Shown here piece by piece: positions 38,226 through 53,555 of a stretch of 64,000 bases of DNA. The translations under genes were made by a program, and so were the position numbers. The number at the start of each line of letters is the position of its first letter. Within the stretch, counting starts at the first letter, position 1. Below the pieces are notes generated by a model that made no database searches, was not told where the DNA came from, and worked only from the letters and a program-made list of their open reading frames with translations. This DNA comes from the human T2T-CHM13v2.0 reference genome, Homo sapiens: NCBI RefSeq assembly GCF_009914755.1, contig NC_060927.1. One strand, 5' to 3'.

Positions 38226-38641
38226 TATAAGTTTGGTATATGTGTCCACTACAAATCACATGCTGGAATGTGATCCCCAATGTTGGAGGTGGAGCTTAGT
38301 GAAAGGTGTTTGAGTCATGGGGGTGGATCCCTCATGAATGGCCTGATGCCCTCCCTGGGGTGCTATGTGAGATCTCATTCTGAGTTCATATGATATCTGG
38401 TTGTTAAAAAGAGTTGGGATCTCCCCACTTTCTCTCCTACTCCCTCTCTCTCCATGTGATTTGCATGCTTCCCCTTCACCTTCTGCCATGATTGAAAGCT
38501 TCCTGAGGCTCTCACCAGGAGCAAATGCCAACACCATGCTTCCTGTTTACCTTGTAGAACCATGAGTCAAAAGAAACCTAGTTTCTTTTAAATTATCCAG
38601 ACTCAGGTATTCCTTTATAGCAACGCAAATGGACTAGTTCA
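38226..38641 (+). mobile_element. MSTB-like MaLR LTR nested in Tigger1
   Basis: tgtgatccccaatgttggaggtgg...cttcctgaggctctcaccagg...ttcctttatagcaacgcaaatggacta. Confidence 0.9.
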
Positions 38642-38879
38642 TTATTTTTTTATGGTGATCTCTATTTGGTGATCTTTGATGTTACTATTGTAATTGTTTA
38701 GGGAACCACAAACTACACCCACATCAGAGGGTGAACTTAATTGATAAATATTGTGTGTGCTCTGACAGCTGCACTGATTCCCTCATCTCTCCCCATCTCC
38801 TCAGGCTTCCCCATTCCCAGAGACACGACAATATTGAAATTAGGCCAATTAATAACCCTACACAGCCTCTAAATTTTCA

Positions 38880-40250
38880 AGTGAAAGAAAGACTCTGCAT
38901 GTCTCTTGCTTTGAGTCAAAAGCTAGAAATGATTAAGTTTCATAAGGAAAGGATGCCAAAAGTTGAGATAAGCCAAAAATAGACCTCTTATGCCAAACAG
39001 CCACATTGGAATGCAAAAGAAAATTTCTTGAAAAAAATTAGAAGTGCTACTCCGGTGAACACACAAATGATAAGAAAGCAAAACAGCCTTCTTGCTGAGA
39101 TGGAGAGAGTTTTAGTGTTCAGGATAGAACATCACATTTTTGTAAGCAAAAGATTAATCCAGAGAAAAGTCCTAATTCTGTTGAATTCTATGAAGGCTGA
39201 AAGAGGTGAGGAAGCTGCAGAAGAAAAATTAGAAACTAGCAGAGATTGGTTCATGAGGTTGAAGTAAAGAAGCCATCTACAAAACGTATAGCAACATAAC
39301 ATAGCATAGCATCACATTGCATCGCATCACATCAAATCCCTTCTAAGGTAAAGCAGCAAGTGCTGATGTAGAAGCTGCAGCAAGTTATCCAGAATATCTC
39401 GATGATTGATGATGGCAGCTACACTAAGCAATAGATTTCAGTGTTGATGAAACAGCCTTCTGTTGAAAGAAGATGCTATCTAGGACTTTGATAGCTAAAG
39501 AGGATCTGTCAATGCCTGTCTTCGTAGTTTCAAAGGACAAGCTGACTCTCTTTTTAGAGGCTAATGTAGCTGGTGAAGCCAACGTTTATTTACCATTCCA
39601 AAATCCTAAGACTCTTAAGAATTATGTTAAATCTACTCTGCTCGAGCTTTCTAAGTGGAACAACAAAGCTTGGATGACAAAGCATCTGTTTACCGCTTGG
39701 TTTACTGAGTATTTTAAGCCCACAGTTGAGACTTACTACTCAGGAAAAACGACAACAACAAAATCTTTTTAAAATATTGCCGCTCACTGATAATGCATCT
39801 GGTCACCCCATAGCTCTGATGGAGATTTACAGAAAGGGAAATGTTGGCTTCATGTCTGTTAATACAAAATTCATTCTGCAGCCCACAGGTAAAGGAGTAA
39901 ACAAGACTTATTATTTAAGAAATATATTTTATAAAGTAATAATTATTATTATAGATAGTGATTCTTCTGATGGATCAGGGCAAAGTAAATTGAAAACTTA
40001 TAGAAGAAATTCATCATTCTAAGTGCCATTAAGAACACTCATAATTCACGGGAGGAGGTCAAAGTAGAAATATTTATAGGAGTTTAAAAGACGTTTATTC
40101 CAGTCCTCCTGGATAATATTAAGAAGTTCAAGATTTCAGTGGAGGAAGTCACTGAAGATGTGGTAGACATAGCAAGAGAAGTAGAATTTGAAGTGGAGCC
40201 TAAAGATGTGATTAAATTGCTGAAGTTTCATTGATATTCATGCTGAATAT
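38880..40250 (+). pseudogene. Tigger1 transposase pseudo-ORF (CENP-B-type HTH plus DDE)
   Basis: Fragments [81 protein letters not shown]; many stops and frameshifts. Confidence 0.92.
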
Positions 40251-43200
40251 CAAAACTCATGATAAAATTTAAACAGATGAGGCTCTTGTTCTTATGGTTG
40301 AGCAAAGATAGTGGTTTCTTGAGATGAAATTTGCTCCTGGTTAAGATGGTATAAACATTGTTGAAATGACGACAAAAAATATTATACAAATGACAACAAA
40401 GAATACTACAGAAATGCAGTTGACAATGCAGTAGCAAGGCTTGAGAGGATTTACTCCAATTTTGAAATAAGTTCTACTGTGAGTAAAATGCGATTAAACT
40501 GTATTGCAGACTACAGAGAAATCTTTCATGAAAGGAAGAGTCAATTAATATGGCAAACTTCATTGCTGTATTATCTTATGAAATTGCAAAGCCACAACAA
40601 CCTTTAGCAACCACTATCCTGATCAGTCAGCAGCCAACAACATAGAAGCAAGATTTTACATCAACAAAATGATTATGACTTGCTGAAGGCTTAGTGTATT
40701 GTTATAATAGCATGTGTTTTAATAATAAGTATTTTTATTTAAAGTATGTATGCACATTTTTTAGACATAATGTCATTGCACATTTAATAGACTACAGTAT
40801 AGTCTAAACATAACTTTTATATGCACCAAGAAACCAGAAAATTTACGTGACTAGCTTTGTTGAAATATTTGCTTCATTGTGTTGGTAGTACTGAACCCAC
40901 AATATATCTGAGGTTTGTCTGTATTACGTTTCTAAAATAGATTTTATATGCAAATTATGCTGATGAAATATATTGGATTAATTTATTTAATATATGCCAA
41001 GTGATGATAGTTACTTCAAAGCATTGCCATGATACATGTGATTAGCAGTCTATAAAATTTGTCATAATTGATTACTCTAAAGGCAATCATTAAAATTCAT
41101 TTTCTTTTATTTATTTATGTGAGTGAAATTCCTCTCTTAGTGGAATTAGCATTTTCTGTTAATGGTACTCTAACCTTTATCTTCCTCAAAAATAAAAGTT
41201 TTTAAAACATTTTATTCAATTAGGCACATTTATGATAACAGGAACATTAGAAAAACATTTAATGGTTTTTATTCACCATATCATGTGTGGGGCATGGATA
41301 ATAACTTAGGCGCTTATTCTTAATGGAGAAGCATGTGAATACAGTAAAATCAAAATGTCCAAAATGATAAAATGAAAACTACCCTGAGATGGCAGAGAAT
41401 GAGAAGATTGCCTAATGATTTTCTTCTCTATTCACATAATATATATTCGGGTGCTCTTTTTGGCAGAAAGTTAGACACATTACATTGCAGATTTCCCTTC
41501 CTCTCACAAAAGGTACAAGGTGAAGCTCCTATTCAATCGGAAAAAAAAAAGCCTACATGTTTAAAAAATTATTTCTATTTTTATTTACTATCGACATCCA
41601 AAAAATTATTCACAATGCTTTATAGTTGAAATATAAGACAAAGTAAAGCACACATTTTGTGGTTTTATAGTAAAACACAAGTAAAAACACAAGACAAACA
41701 TCAAATAATAAATTAAAGTACAATTTTAACTTTCTGCCTGTAAACATCACTGAGCAGAAAGCACCTCTAAGCTTTCAAAAATCAAGGAGGAAAGGAAAAC
41801 ATTTTAGATAATAACTCATCTGTTATTCTATTAAAAAAAAAAACCCTATTCCTTGGAAATCTACCAGTTTGTTGGTATAAACTGACATCTTTTAAGTTTG
41901 AGAGAGCTTCATCACAGGAATATGAAACAAGACATCCTTAATAAGATATACAATATTGTCTTAGATGTCCTTTTATAATAATCATTTTATTATGATATTT
42001 TCTAATTCTTTCTAGTCCTTAAATCCCATTATTAATTGAAGTTAATGCCTACATATTCAAATGAACTTTAGTTGACATTTCCTTCTGCATAGGTCTTCTG
42101 AGTTTCAGATTGGGCTAAGATAATTAGTAAAAATAGTTAACTACTCTTTCTCCTTGTTATAACTTGACAATTCTCTTCTTTTCATTTGCATAGGGTAAAC
42201 TTCCTACTAATTAATTTTATATTTCAAAGGCTGGCAGTTGCTATGTAGGAGTCTTCTGTTTTTTAACATTCAAAATAGATGAACAACAAATAGGTAATAG
42301 ATAGAAGATTGTTAAATTTCTTCAAAGATGACTTTTGACTGAAGACATTGCACAAAATACATAAATTTATTTCTCAAAATTCTATTTATTTAAGTTGTAC
42401 CAAAAGAAAAGCCCTTAAAAACCATTGGGAATTCAGAAGCACAGGCATCACCAAAAGCATGACATTTTGCAGAATTCCTAGTAAATGGCATACAAAGGTG
42501 GTTATTAATACAATAGTGAATACGGGGTAGAGGAAAACACAGCCCAAATTTTGTGTAATAAAATCCAGTTTACAGGCAGATCTTGTCAAGTGTGAAGAGA
42601 AGGAGTGGTTTGCAGGCACAGTAATCAGAGTAATTAAAAGACTATAGACACAAATAGCCAGGCCATGTCTTTGCTCCAGCTAGCTGCCCTAGCGAGAAGC
42701 CATAGTGAGAGCTGGCAGGTCTTGAGAAAGAGAAAGCAAAAGATTCTCAGGAAAATCTAAGCTCTTTTGTGTATTTAGATTCCTGAAAGGAAACAGAATA
42801 GGTAAGGTGGTAACTGCAAAGCATCAAAACAGACAAATAAAAACTCATAGGGCAAAGACATTGTGGTTGGAGTGGGAGAGAATAGAATCCACCAGGAAGC
42901 TCCCCTTAAGGAAATTGCATGATAAAGCATCCTCGCCAGAGATAAAACAAGACCAAGAGCTGAGCTTTTTATTCCAGAGACAATTCTGTCTGAAAAAAAG
43001 GAATGATAAACCTACAGGGAAAACTTAATTCTAACTACATATACTATTCAAACTAATTATTATAAATATGATTAGCAAATTTCTGGAATCTATGATTGAA
43101 GAAAACAATTTTTAAAGAATTGAGATGAGCCATGGAAGACCACAAGCTGACCATCTAGACTGAAACAACAAGTAGACTTCATTGCATAGAAGAAAGTAAT

Positions 43201-44441
43201 CTGAATCTTAGGTTGGAATGATAGGAACTGATTATGAACCCATTCACCCTCACCATGCTCTTCTAAGCACAAAGAGACAAAAAAGCCAGAAAATCTAATA
43301 AGTCTGCATTGCTGTTACTAGTAAAGCCTTCACCTTCCATGGCTTGCTGAGTCCTCTTTAGGGGACCATGGCTCCCCCCTCCCGAAATACAACTTCCTTG
43401 CATGTCAAAATTTATTATTTTTCTAATCTGTTGTAACACCATAATATTATTGCCATTATACACATTTTAAAAGTTTACACTTGATTAAATTGGAGGGAGG
43501 AGAGGGGAAAGAATCCCAAAGCTATAGACAATTCTAATCAGTCAGCTATTCATCCAGATTGTTCCTCGAATTATCCAGCTGACCTAGTTTATTTATAAGT
43601 TTTTCATTGTTATAAAAACTGCATTTTCAAATGCATAAACAACAAACCTTTCTACTTGTTATGTACTTTTATAACTCCAAGTATCTCAGAGTTCAACTGC
43701 CAATTTAGAAGGGCATGCACTACATAAAATCTGTACTGACTATTGAACTATATATTATTTCCATAATTACTACAATAGGTTAAATGTTTTTTCTAGTTGT
43801 ATTATCTATAGTCTACCCTCATTGAAATACACACTCTTTTGTGTTGTGAAAACTAACTTTGATATATAAAACTCATCACACTAGATTTCTTGTAAATTAT
43901 TCTACAAACAGGTGAATTACAGGCTTTATAAAAGTTTTTCTTAAGTCAGGTATGTATTAAATTAAATGACAGTTTTCAATAGTATAGATTTTCAACAACT
44001 ATACTTTTCATATGAATGTCTAGAAATTAAATAGCTAATACAGCTGGTTATTTACCCTTCCTCTGACAAAAATATCTTCTATATTTCATGTCACAACGAG
44101 TCATGTGCTATCAATTCTAATAATCAGTGAACCTGTTTCAGCCATCTGTGATGTTGAAATAAGAGTTCATCTATGAAGGCAATGGCCACTGAGTTGCAAT
44201 TACACAATAGGTTGCCCGAACCTGGCTATAGCTGCAACACCTGCAGTGCTAGGTGTAGGCACTGTGTGATAAAAAGTACAGCTTCTCCATATGGTAAGGG
44301 TCTGTGGAAACAGTGAGTGTCAGTTTGTGTATCATGTTGCAAAACAAGCAAATATTTGGTACAAATGCTATTTAAATTAAGTGGTCCTAGTCTAGTTTTT
44401 GTAAAGAGTAAAACACCTGGAATGTTGATTCTAGACAGTAT

Positions 44442-44515
44442 TTTAATAATTTAATAAATTATTTAACAGGATAATTTAATAATTTAATAAATAATTTAAC
44501 AGGATAATTTAATAA
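44442..44515. repeat. 33-bp AT-rich tandem duplication
   Basis: tttaataatttaataaat(t/a)atttaacaggataa x2. Confidence 0.9.
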
Positions 44516-44849
44516 GAAAGACAGACATAATATGAAGCTAATTTTAGATAAAATGTTGCCATTTTAATTATTTTTTTAATTCAAGAAGGGCTACAACAGT
44601 TTATAAACTACATACTCTCATGGGGAATAAGTCTTTGTAATAACTGTCTCATTATTTTTCTAAGGATTGGTAATGTAATGTTGTGTCCATACTTTCTTAC
44701 AAAGAGAATGATGTATTATACTGCATATAGGTTTTGTTAGGACTATTAAATTTACTCATCTGTTAAAATACAGGCAAGTAAATCACAAAAGCTAATGAAG
44801 AAATTGCATGAAGCATTTTAGAAACACTATATCAATTCCAGGCAACTTT

Positions 44850-44945
44850 AGTTTAGAGTGTTGTATTATTAGACCAAACCAATGGTCCATCCAACCTAAT
44901 TTCCTGTTTCTGAGAGATAGCAACTGGTGCATCTATTTAAAGGCT
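44850..44945 (-). mobile_element. Ancient CR1-type 3' tail (amniote CR1 or CR1-dependent SINE)
   Basis: Minus strand gaaacaggaaattaggttggatggaccattggtttggtctaata resembles the recalled gacaggatactgggctagatggaccattggtctgacccagta. Confidence 0.6.
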
Positions 44946-45544
44946 TCATGAAAGACCTGAAAGTTGTATTGTGTACTGTAATTCTGTAAGTTATTAAACA
45001 CACATTATCACATCAATATTATTCAGTAGAATAAAATATTTCAAGCAGATAAATTACTGTAGTAAGGAGCAAATGCACAGAACTGTAGACCTTAAAGTAT
45101 TTAAGGCTTGTGGGAAGATAAGGGAAAGACACAAAAGCAAACAAAGCTATGGACTTATTGCATTATTTCATACATATTACCGAAGATGGCTAAATGTAGT
45201 AGCAATCTTCATAATCTTCTGTAGTTTGCTGATAAGTAGAACCCCTGTTTTAGTAAAGTAATGATATTAAAATGATATTCTTATGATGCAAATATTAATT
45301 ATTTTAGGTGCCATATAAAATCTAGTTAGTTCTATTTTAGGGAAATCTGTTGAGGAAATTAGAAGGGGATTGCATCATACAGAATGATGTCAATAAGAAG
45401 AAAAATAAGAGATGCGCTAAAAGTTAACTTGATCCTGCAAATTGAAGACAACGGTGATTCACTGACTTCTTGCTTGCTGCACTGTCTTTAGTAAGAATGA
45501 GTACCTGTAACTTCATTGTTTTGCCTGGACTACTCCAGTCTCAC

Positions 45545-46095
45545 TGTTTGGAAAAGTACAATAGGGGCCAAGGGAAAGCTTACCCACTGATAAATCAACT
45601 CATTAGAGGAGATTAATTGAAGAAAAGGCATACAAATTTATTAATGCACATATGGAAGAGAGCCACAGAGTGAGTACCCCAATCCCCCAATGAGGTTCAA
45701 AAGCTTATGCACTATCTTGAGGTTACAGAAATAATGGGGTTTTTGGATAGTGGCAAAACAGGTTATGGGAGGGGGAAAAGAGGAGGCTTCTCTAGCAAAT
45801 TTGATCTCTTTATATGGATAAATTTCATAGATAGCATCCCTCAGAGAGAATAGATAGTGAATGCTTCTTTCAGACTTCTAAAGTTGTCAGACTCTGAGTG
45901 AATCTCTCCTACAGCCAGACAAGGAAAAGCTCTCGGAGAAACCCTGGCTGCATAAATGCAGATTTTCTCTACAGATGCAAATATACCCAGAAAATACAGC
46001 TTTGCAGGGCCACGTCTAATGGCGGGTCCTCTGAAACCCATCTCCAAATATGTCAAATAAGCATATTTTGTGGTGAAATATTTTTATTTTTTGCA
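45545..46095 (-). mobile_element. MER34-group LTR
   Basis: Minus-strand start aaaatatttcaccacaaaatatgcttatttgacatatttggagatgg; homologous to 61392-61854. Confidence 0.8.
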
Positions 46096-46569
46096 ATACA
46101 CAACTTTCCAAGTTCTTTAAAGAGGGATTCAGATAGATCCAATTTTTATCACGTATCAAGTGCCTTGTCAGGGAAAAATAAATATGTTCTATCAATTCTA
46201 ATCAGGAAAAAATTCCTACTTTTTTCATAGGGAGCTTAACACACTCCTTCTGCCATTGGCAAAGAAAATGGTGGTTAATACCCTAACATGAGCAAATCAT
46301 TTTGTTTGCCTGACAGTAAAGAAAAAATGCGTAAAATAATGAATATGGGGAGATGAAAATATATAACACTTTGTTTTTTCTTTATTTATAAATGTAGCAT
46401 TTGCTCTTGTTGAGTTTTAAATTAGAAACCAGATATAGCTTGCCACATATAAGTAGTGTTAATACCTTGCTATAGCTTTCCTCTGTCTTTGTGTATTTTT
46501 CTGGTTGTGAATGACACAATTATATACATTTTGTAAATTCTCTTTATTTAGGAGTCACAGTATACTTTA

Positions 46570-46910
<341 letters not shown>

Positions 46911-47051
46911 TAAAGTTTGGGTGTGAACAATGGTGACAGCACTTGCTTTTTTCTGCTATTAGATGTTTTGAAAATTCAAAACTATTTATAAATATTTTTA
47001 TTTTTATAACAATATAGTTATTCGCATATGTTAAAAATCTGCTTTGTCTTT

Positions 47052-47712
<661 letters not shown>

Positions 47713-47946
47713 AACTAAATAATAAATGCTCCATGTCGTCCTTTAATAAATTAACCTACTTAACATTGTTTTAAGTTGTATTTTCTTAACGTATTTGAGC
47801 ACAGGAAAAACACCTGACAGAAATCAATGTTACACAGATCATCAATCTGCTAGATATGACAATAAATGCTTGATGTATAAGATACTTTGCTCATATTTCC
47901 ATCTTAAACTAAAAAAAGTGTTGTGAGCAATGACTTTTGGGGTTGG

Positions 47947-48200
47947 TGTCACAGGTGGTAAAGAAATTTGCCAAAACACCTGGGTGACAGAGCGAGACTC
48001 CATCTCCAAAAAAAAAAGAAAGAAATTAGCCAAAACAGCTGTAGATAAAGAAAGGCAGATTTATTAGAGAAAGTATGAAGATACACTGCAAAGATGCAAC
48101 ATGCAGCATAGCAGAGAAGTGGCTGTCTGCAAAGAAGCAGATGGTGGAGGTAAGTTTTACAAGGTCCTGCTGGAAGCAGGTACATGCGGGTGAGTTTGTG
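47947..48200 (-). mobile_element. ERV1-class LTR 3' fragment, containing an Alu stub
   Basis: tgtcacaggtgg...gtagataaagaaaggcagatttattagagaaagta: antisense AATAAA and CA end. Confidence 0.55.
47979..48018 (+). mobile_element. Extremely 5'-truncated Alu (~29 bp plus tail)
   Basis: cctgggtgacagagcgagactccatctc plus A tail; 19-bp TSD aaagaaatt(t/a)gccaaaaca. Confidence 0.92.
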
Positions 48201-49841
48201 CTGTACGCTAAGAATATGTTGGAGTAATTTTTTTACTGCCAGGCCTTTCTGCTCCAGCTGCCCAAAGGAAATGCTCTGCTGCTTTTAGCCATTTTGCAAC
48301 CCGCATACTGTCCATTTGCAAGATAGTGGCTGTGGTTTTTCCACACAAAGTGAATGCAAATGGGGTAGGTCTCTGTTCCACCAGCCTGGCTCCTTCCAGG
48401 TTCCTGTTGACTTATTGATCTATTAGGGTTCCACATAAGGGGCACATCAAGTTTGGTAGGATATTGGTAACTATAAACTATATGGAAGCTGCATGGAGTG
48501 TTTATTGCAGTGACTGTTGGAAGTAGAGGTGAGGCTGAGAGGATGTGAGGTGTGTCACAAAAAAAAAAAAAAAAAATCACTTACAAGGCATACCTCCAAA
48601 AGGATTTTAGCTAATCTGAAAAAAATGAATTTCAATATTTTCACAAGAAGATTGTGACATTTATTTTGCTAAATAGTAAACTTCGTATGTAGATGGATGG
48701 CTTGCAGCACTTAAAATAGCCATCTCGCTTAATTGAGGTCTTTCTGATTAAGTGCTAACTACCCTAGATGATAAGGGACTGATCTGAGCAAATGAATTCA
48801 CCTGGAATGTAACTTAATGCATATTGCACTTCGTATGCTCAAGCATTTTTCAAAAAATTACAAACATTATAACAAATGTTATTTGGACGCTATAGGCATT
48901 TGAGTTTGTAATCTTTCCAGGGAAATTTTATCAACTGGAATCTGCTCATCTTTCTATTGACTACCTCATAGATTGCTGTCTAGACTAATTATAGGCTGCC
49001 TTTTAGTCAGGAGGCCATCCCTATGTTATAATGGAGTTATAATGCATAATGGAGATAATGGAGTTATAATGCAAACATGATGACCTAAATCTAAACAGCT
49101 TCTTATAGTCATTTCCTTGTTCTAAAAAATTTCCATTAGATGAGGGTTGTAATTCTAAGACTATCCAGAGGAGAGTGATATAGTTAAAAAATACCCTCAT
49201 TGGTAGGCTTATTGTAATGCTTGATAGAAATGTTCTCATTGGTATATGTAATTTATATGTCTTGATCAAATTTATTTTCTGCAAGTACAGAGCTCTGTTC
49301 TGACGTACATAATCCTGTTATCTCATGATGATGAAGATAACATTTTTTAAAATGTTTTAAAAATTCGACTCCAAAATTGAAAAGAAATCTGTCACTATTA
49401 AAACATGAGTTTAAATTTTATGGTTAGCATTGTTTGAGACTACTTAAATATATCTTTATCAAGTGCAATTGTTGAAGAAAATTGTCACTGTATTGAAATA
49501 GATTGAATCTAATTTTGGAATGATTTTTCATTTCTCAGGTTCTAGTTAAATTTATTCATCAAGAATAAACAACACACAAAATGATATAACTGTTGGAAAT
49601 AAAATGATACTTTTAAAAATCAGAAATGAAATATTCATTTTCCTTTGCTTTATTCCTAGGATTAATGTAAGGAAGTGAATCAAGTACAGTAATATAAAAA
49701 AATGTGAAAGTATTTAAAATTGTATACATAATCTCCTTGTCTTTAATAATTTGTGAGAAAGTAGGCTGACATAAGGTATTTGGTTTAATTTAATTCTATG
49801 TAAATGATGAAATTATAAGAAGCCTGACTTATTTCAGAGTC

Positions 49842-49930
49842 TATGAAATAAGACAGTCAAGGCTCAATTATCACTAGGATATTGGTTATGAAATAAGACA
49901 GTCAAAGCTCAATTATCACTAGAATATTAG
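49842..49930. repeat. 45-bp tandem duplication
   Basis: tatgaaataagacagtcaa(g/a)gctcaattatcactag(g/a)atatt x2. Confidence 0.93.
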
Positions 49931-51009
49931 CTTCCCCATGGAACAACTTACACATTATCTCATTATTTACCCACCCCCAGTACACAGGATTAACTTGATA
50001 ATTGTTTGCTCAAAGATCAGAGTCCAGTTACTCTGTGCCACTGAGGACCCTTATTTTGTTTTACTGGTATTTGTTTTAAGACACCATTAACATCATAAAG
50101 TATGCCTTTTTAATTTTACATAGAAAAATAAACCAAGTCTAATTTGAGAAGTTCTCTAACATGAAAGAATGCACTAGACACGTTTGGGACAACTGAATGT
50201 TCATGATCTGAATGAATGGTTGACTCATTTATTTAAACTCAAATTGAAACCTCAACATTTAATGTTAATTACAAAATATTATCCCGCAGTTAAATATAAT
50301 AAACTTTGTGGGGTTTTGCTTATACTACTTCCAGTTTGAATTCAAAAAACTGAAAAATATCACATTATTAGAGTTTGATCAAAAAGGAAAAAGTTTTTAA
50401 TAGTCTAAGTCAGAAGTAGTACATGGCTATTATGCTATTTCTTTGTTGTGGAAAAAAATTGTGACATGTATACCACCTGTAGAATAGAACGAAAGAAAGA
50501 AACCCTATTACATAAGTGAAAATGAAGTGACTTAAGAGGGTTAATGAATTTTATTGAATTTTATAAGTAGACGTAACCATTTTTTTAATTCAACCTCTCA
50601 GTGGGAAACCAAGACTCTTAGGAAAGAAAACCTAATAAAAATTTAGCATAGAAATGATATATTTTATTTGGAAAAAAAACAGAGACTTCTTAGAAATGTA
50701 CATAGATTTATCACTTAAGAAACAAAGTGTATTTTCTTTATACAAACTTTGGCCACATTTAATCAGCATAAAAAGGCATATTATTTAAAATGTCAATTTT
50801 AATAACATACTTAGAGAAAGTCATGTTCTTAAACTGGTGTTTGGTGAAAAATATTTATTGCAAAACAAATTATAAGATACTAGAATTACCAGGAGAGTGT
50901 AAGAATTAAATTGGAAATTTAGAATACCTCAATATAATGTTCAAATAATAAAACTCCTTAAAAACAATTAGACTTGTAGCTGTTAAGTAAACCAAGGCTT
51001 TTATTTGTT

Positions 51010-51170
51010 GTAATAATAACTTTAATGTGCACATTATGTAATAATTTAAGCACTTTAATACATTACCTCCTGTGAACTAAGTTCATTATTTTCACTTAAT
51101 AAATGAAAAAAACTAAATGCCACGTGAATAGCTAGAGGTGGAGCAAACATTCAAAAACAGATCTTTTGCC
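51010..51170 (-). mobile_element. MIR fragment
   Basis: taagcacttt...attattttcacttaataaatgaaaaaact...agctagaggtggagc...attcaaa. Confidence 0.55.
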
Positions 51171-51312
51171 TGCAGATCCACAAGATAGTCTCCAAATTAG
51201 AGAAGCTAATTTTATTTATATCTCTCTACATGTTTCCCTGATAGATTTGCTGTGACCAGAAGGAAGTCTGTAGTAAACTGCAGGACTCCATGTTTTCTTT
51301 CTTATTTGGGTG

Positions 51313-51664
<352 letters not shown>

Positions 51665-51789
51665 GGTGTTGAAAACAAGTCGGATTCAGAATTCACCCAG
51701 CTTTACACATATAATAAGTTCAATTTTCTCTAAATATACTTCAAGAACACAATAACAATAAAATAAAATAAAAAGGTATTTTTCTTCAA

Positions 51790-52107
51790 GATTGTCCATT
51801 TCACTCAGAGTAAAATGTTAAAATATTTTCCATGCTTGACAAGGCACTACATGATCTAGAAAACTACTCCACCCCACCCTACCTGTTGTATTTTTTTCTT
51901 ACTCATTTTCTGCCTTATTTTTTTCCCATAAACTTTTCAATCTAACAATATATCTTATACTCACTTTTTAATAAACGTCTATCTCTTCACTAGAATAGAA
52001 GCAATAAAAGGCCAGTAATGTCTGTGCACTTCATGTACCGTTACCAATCTCATGCCTACCACATTCTAGGTGCTCAACAAATATACTAAATGAATAAATG
52101 AATGAAT
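51790..52107 (+). mobile_element. L2a 3' fragment
   Basis: cactagaatagaagc...taggtgctcaacaaatatactaaatgaataaatgaatgaat. Confidence 0.8.
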
Positions 52108-52199
52108 CAAACAATCGTTCAATGGAAAAATATACAAAGTATACACAATTGCCTTATGGTCCTACTATATACTATGTAGAATTCTGTAAAAGCAACTCT

Positions 52200-53400
<1,201 letters not shown>

Positions 53401-53454
53401 TGTGGGTGGTCTCTCTTTTTCTAAATAACTGTGAAGCTGAAAGCCAAGACTTGA

Positions 53455-53555
53455 ATTGCTCATTTTTGTATTTTCAGTACCTAGCATACCACATGGCACA
53501 TAATGAGCTCTCAAAAAATATTTGTTTGATGAATAAATTAATAAATCAATAAATG
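53455..53555 (+). mobile_element. L2 3' end
   Basis: cagtacctagcataccacatggcacataatgagctctcaaaaaatatttgtttgatgaataaat. Confidence 0.75.

Larger units (their letters stand above)
38043..40921 (+). mobile_element. Tigger1 (pogo/Tc1-mariner) full-length decayed DNA transposon
   Basis: Termini taggtatatctc / gaggtttgtctg resemble caggcatacctc TIRs; TA at both ends; transposase remnants inside. Confidence 0.95.
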
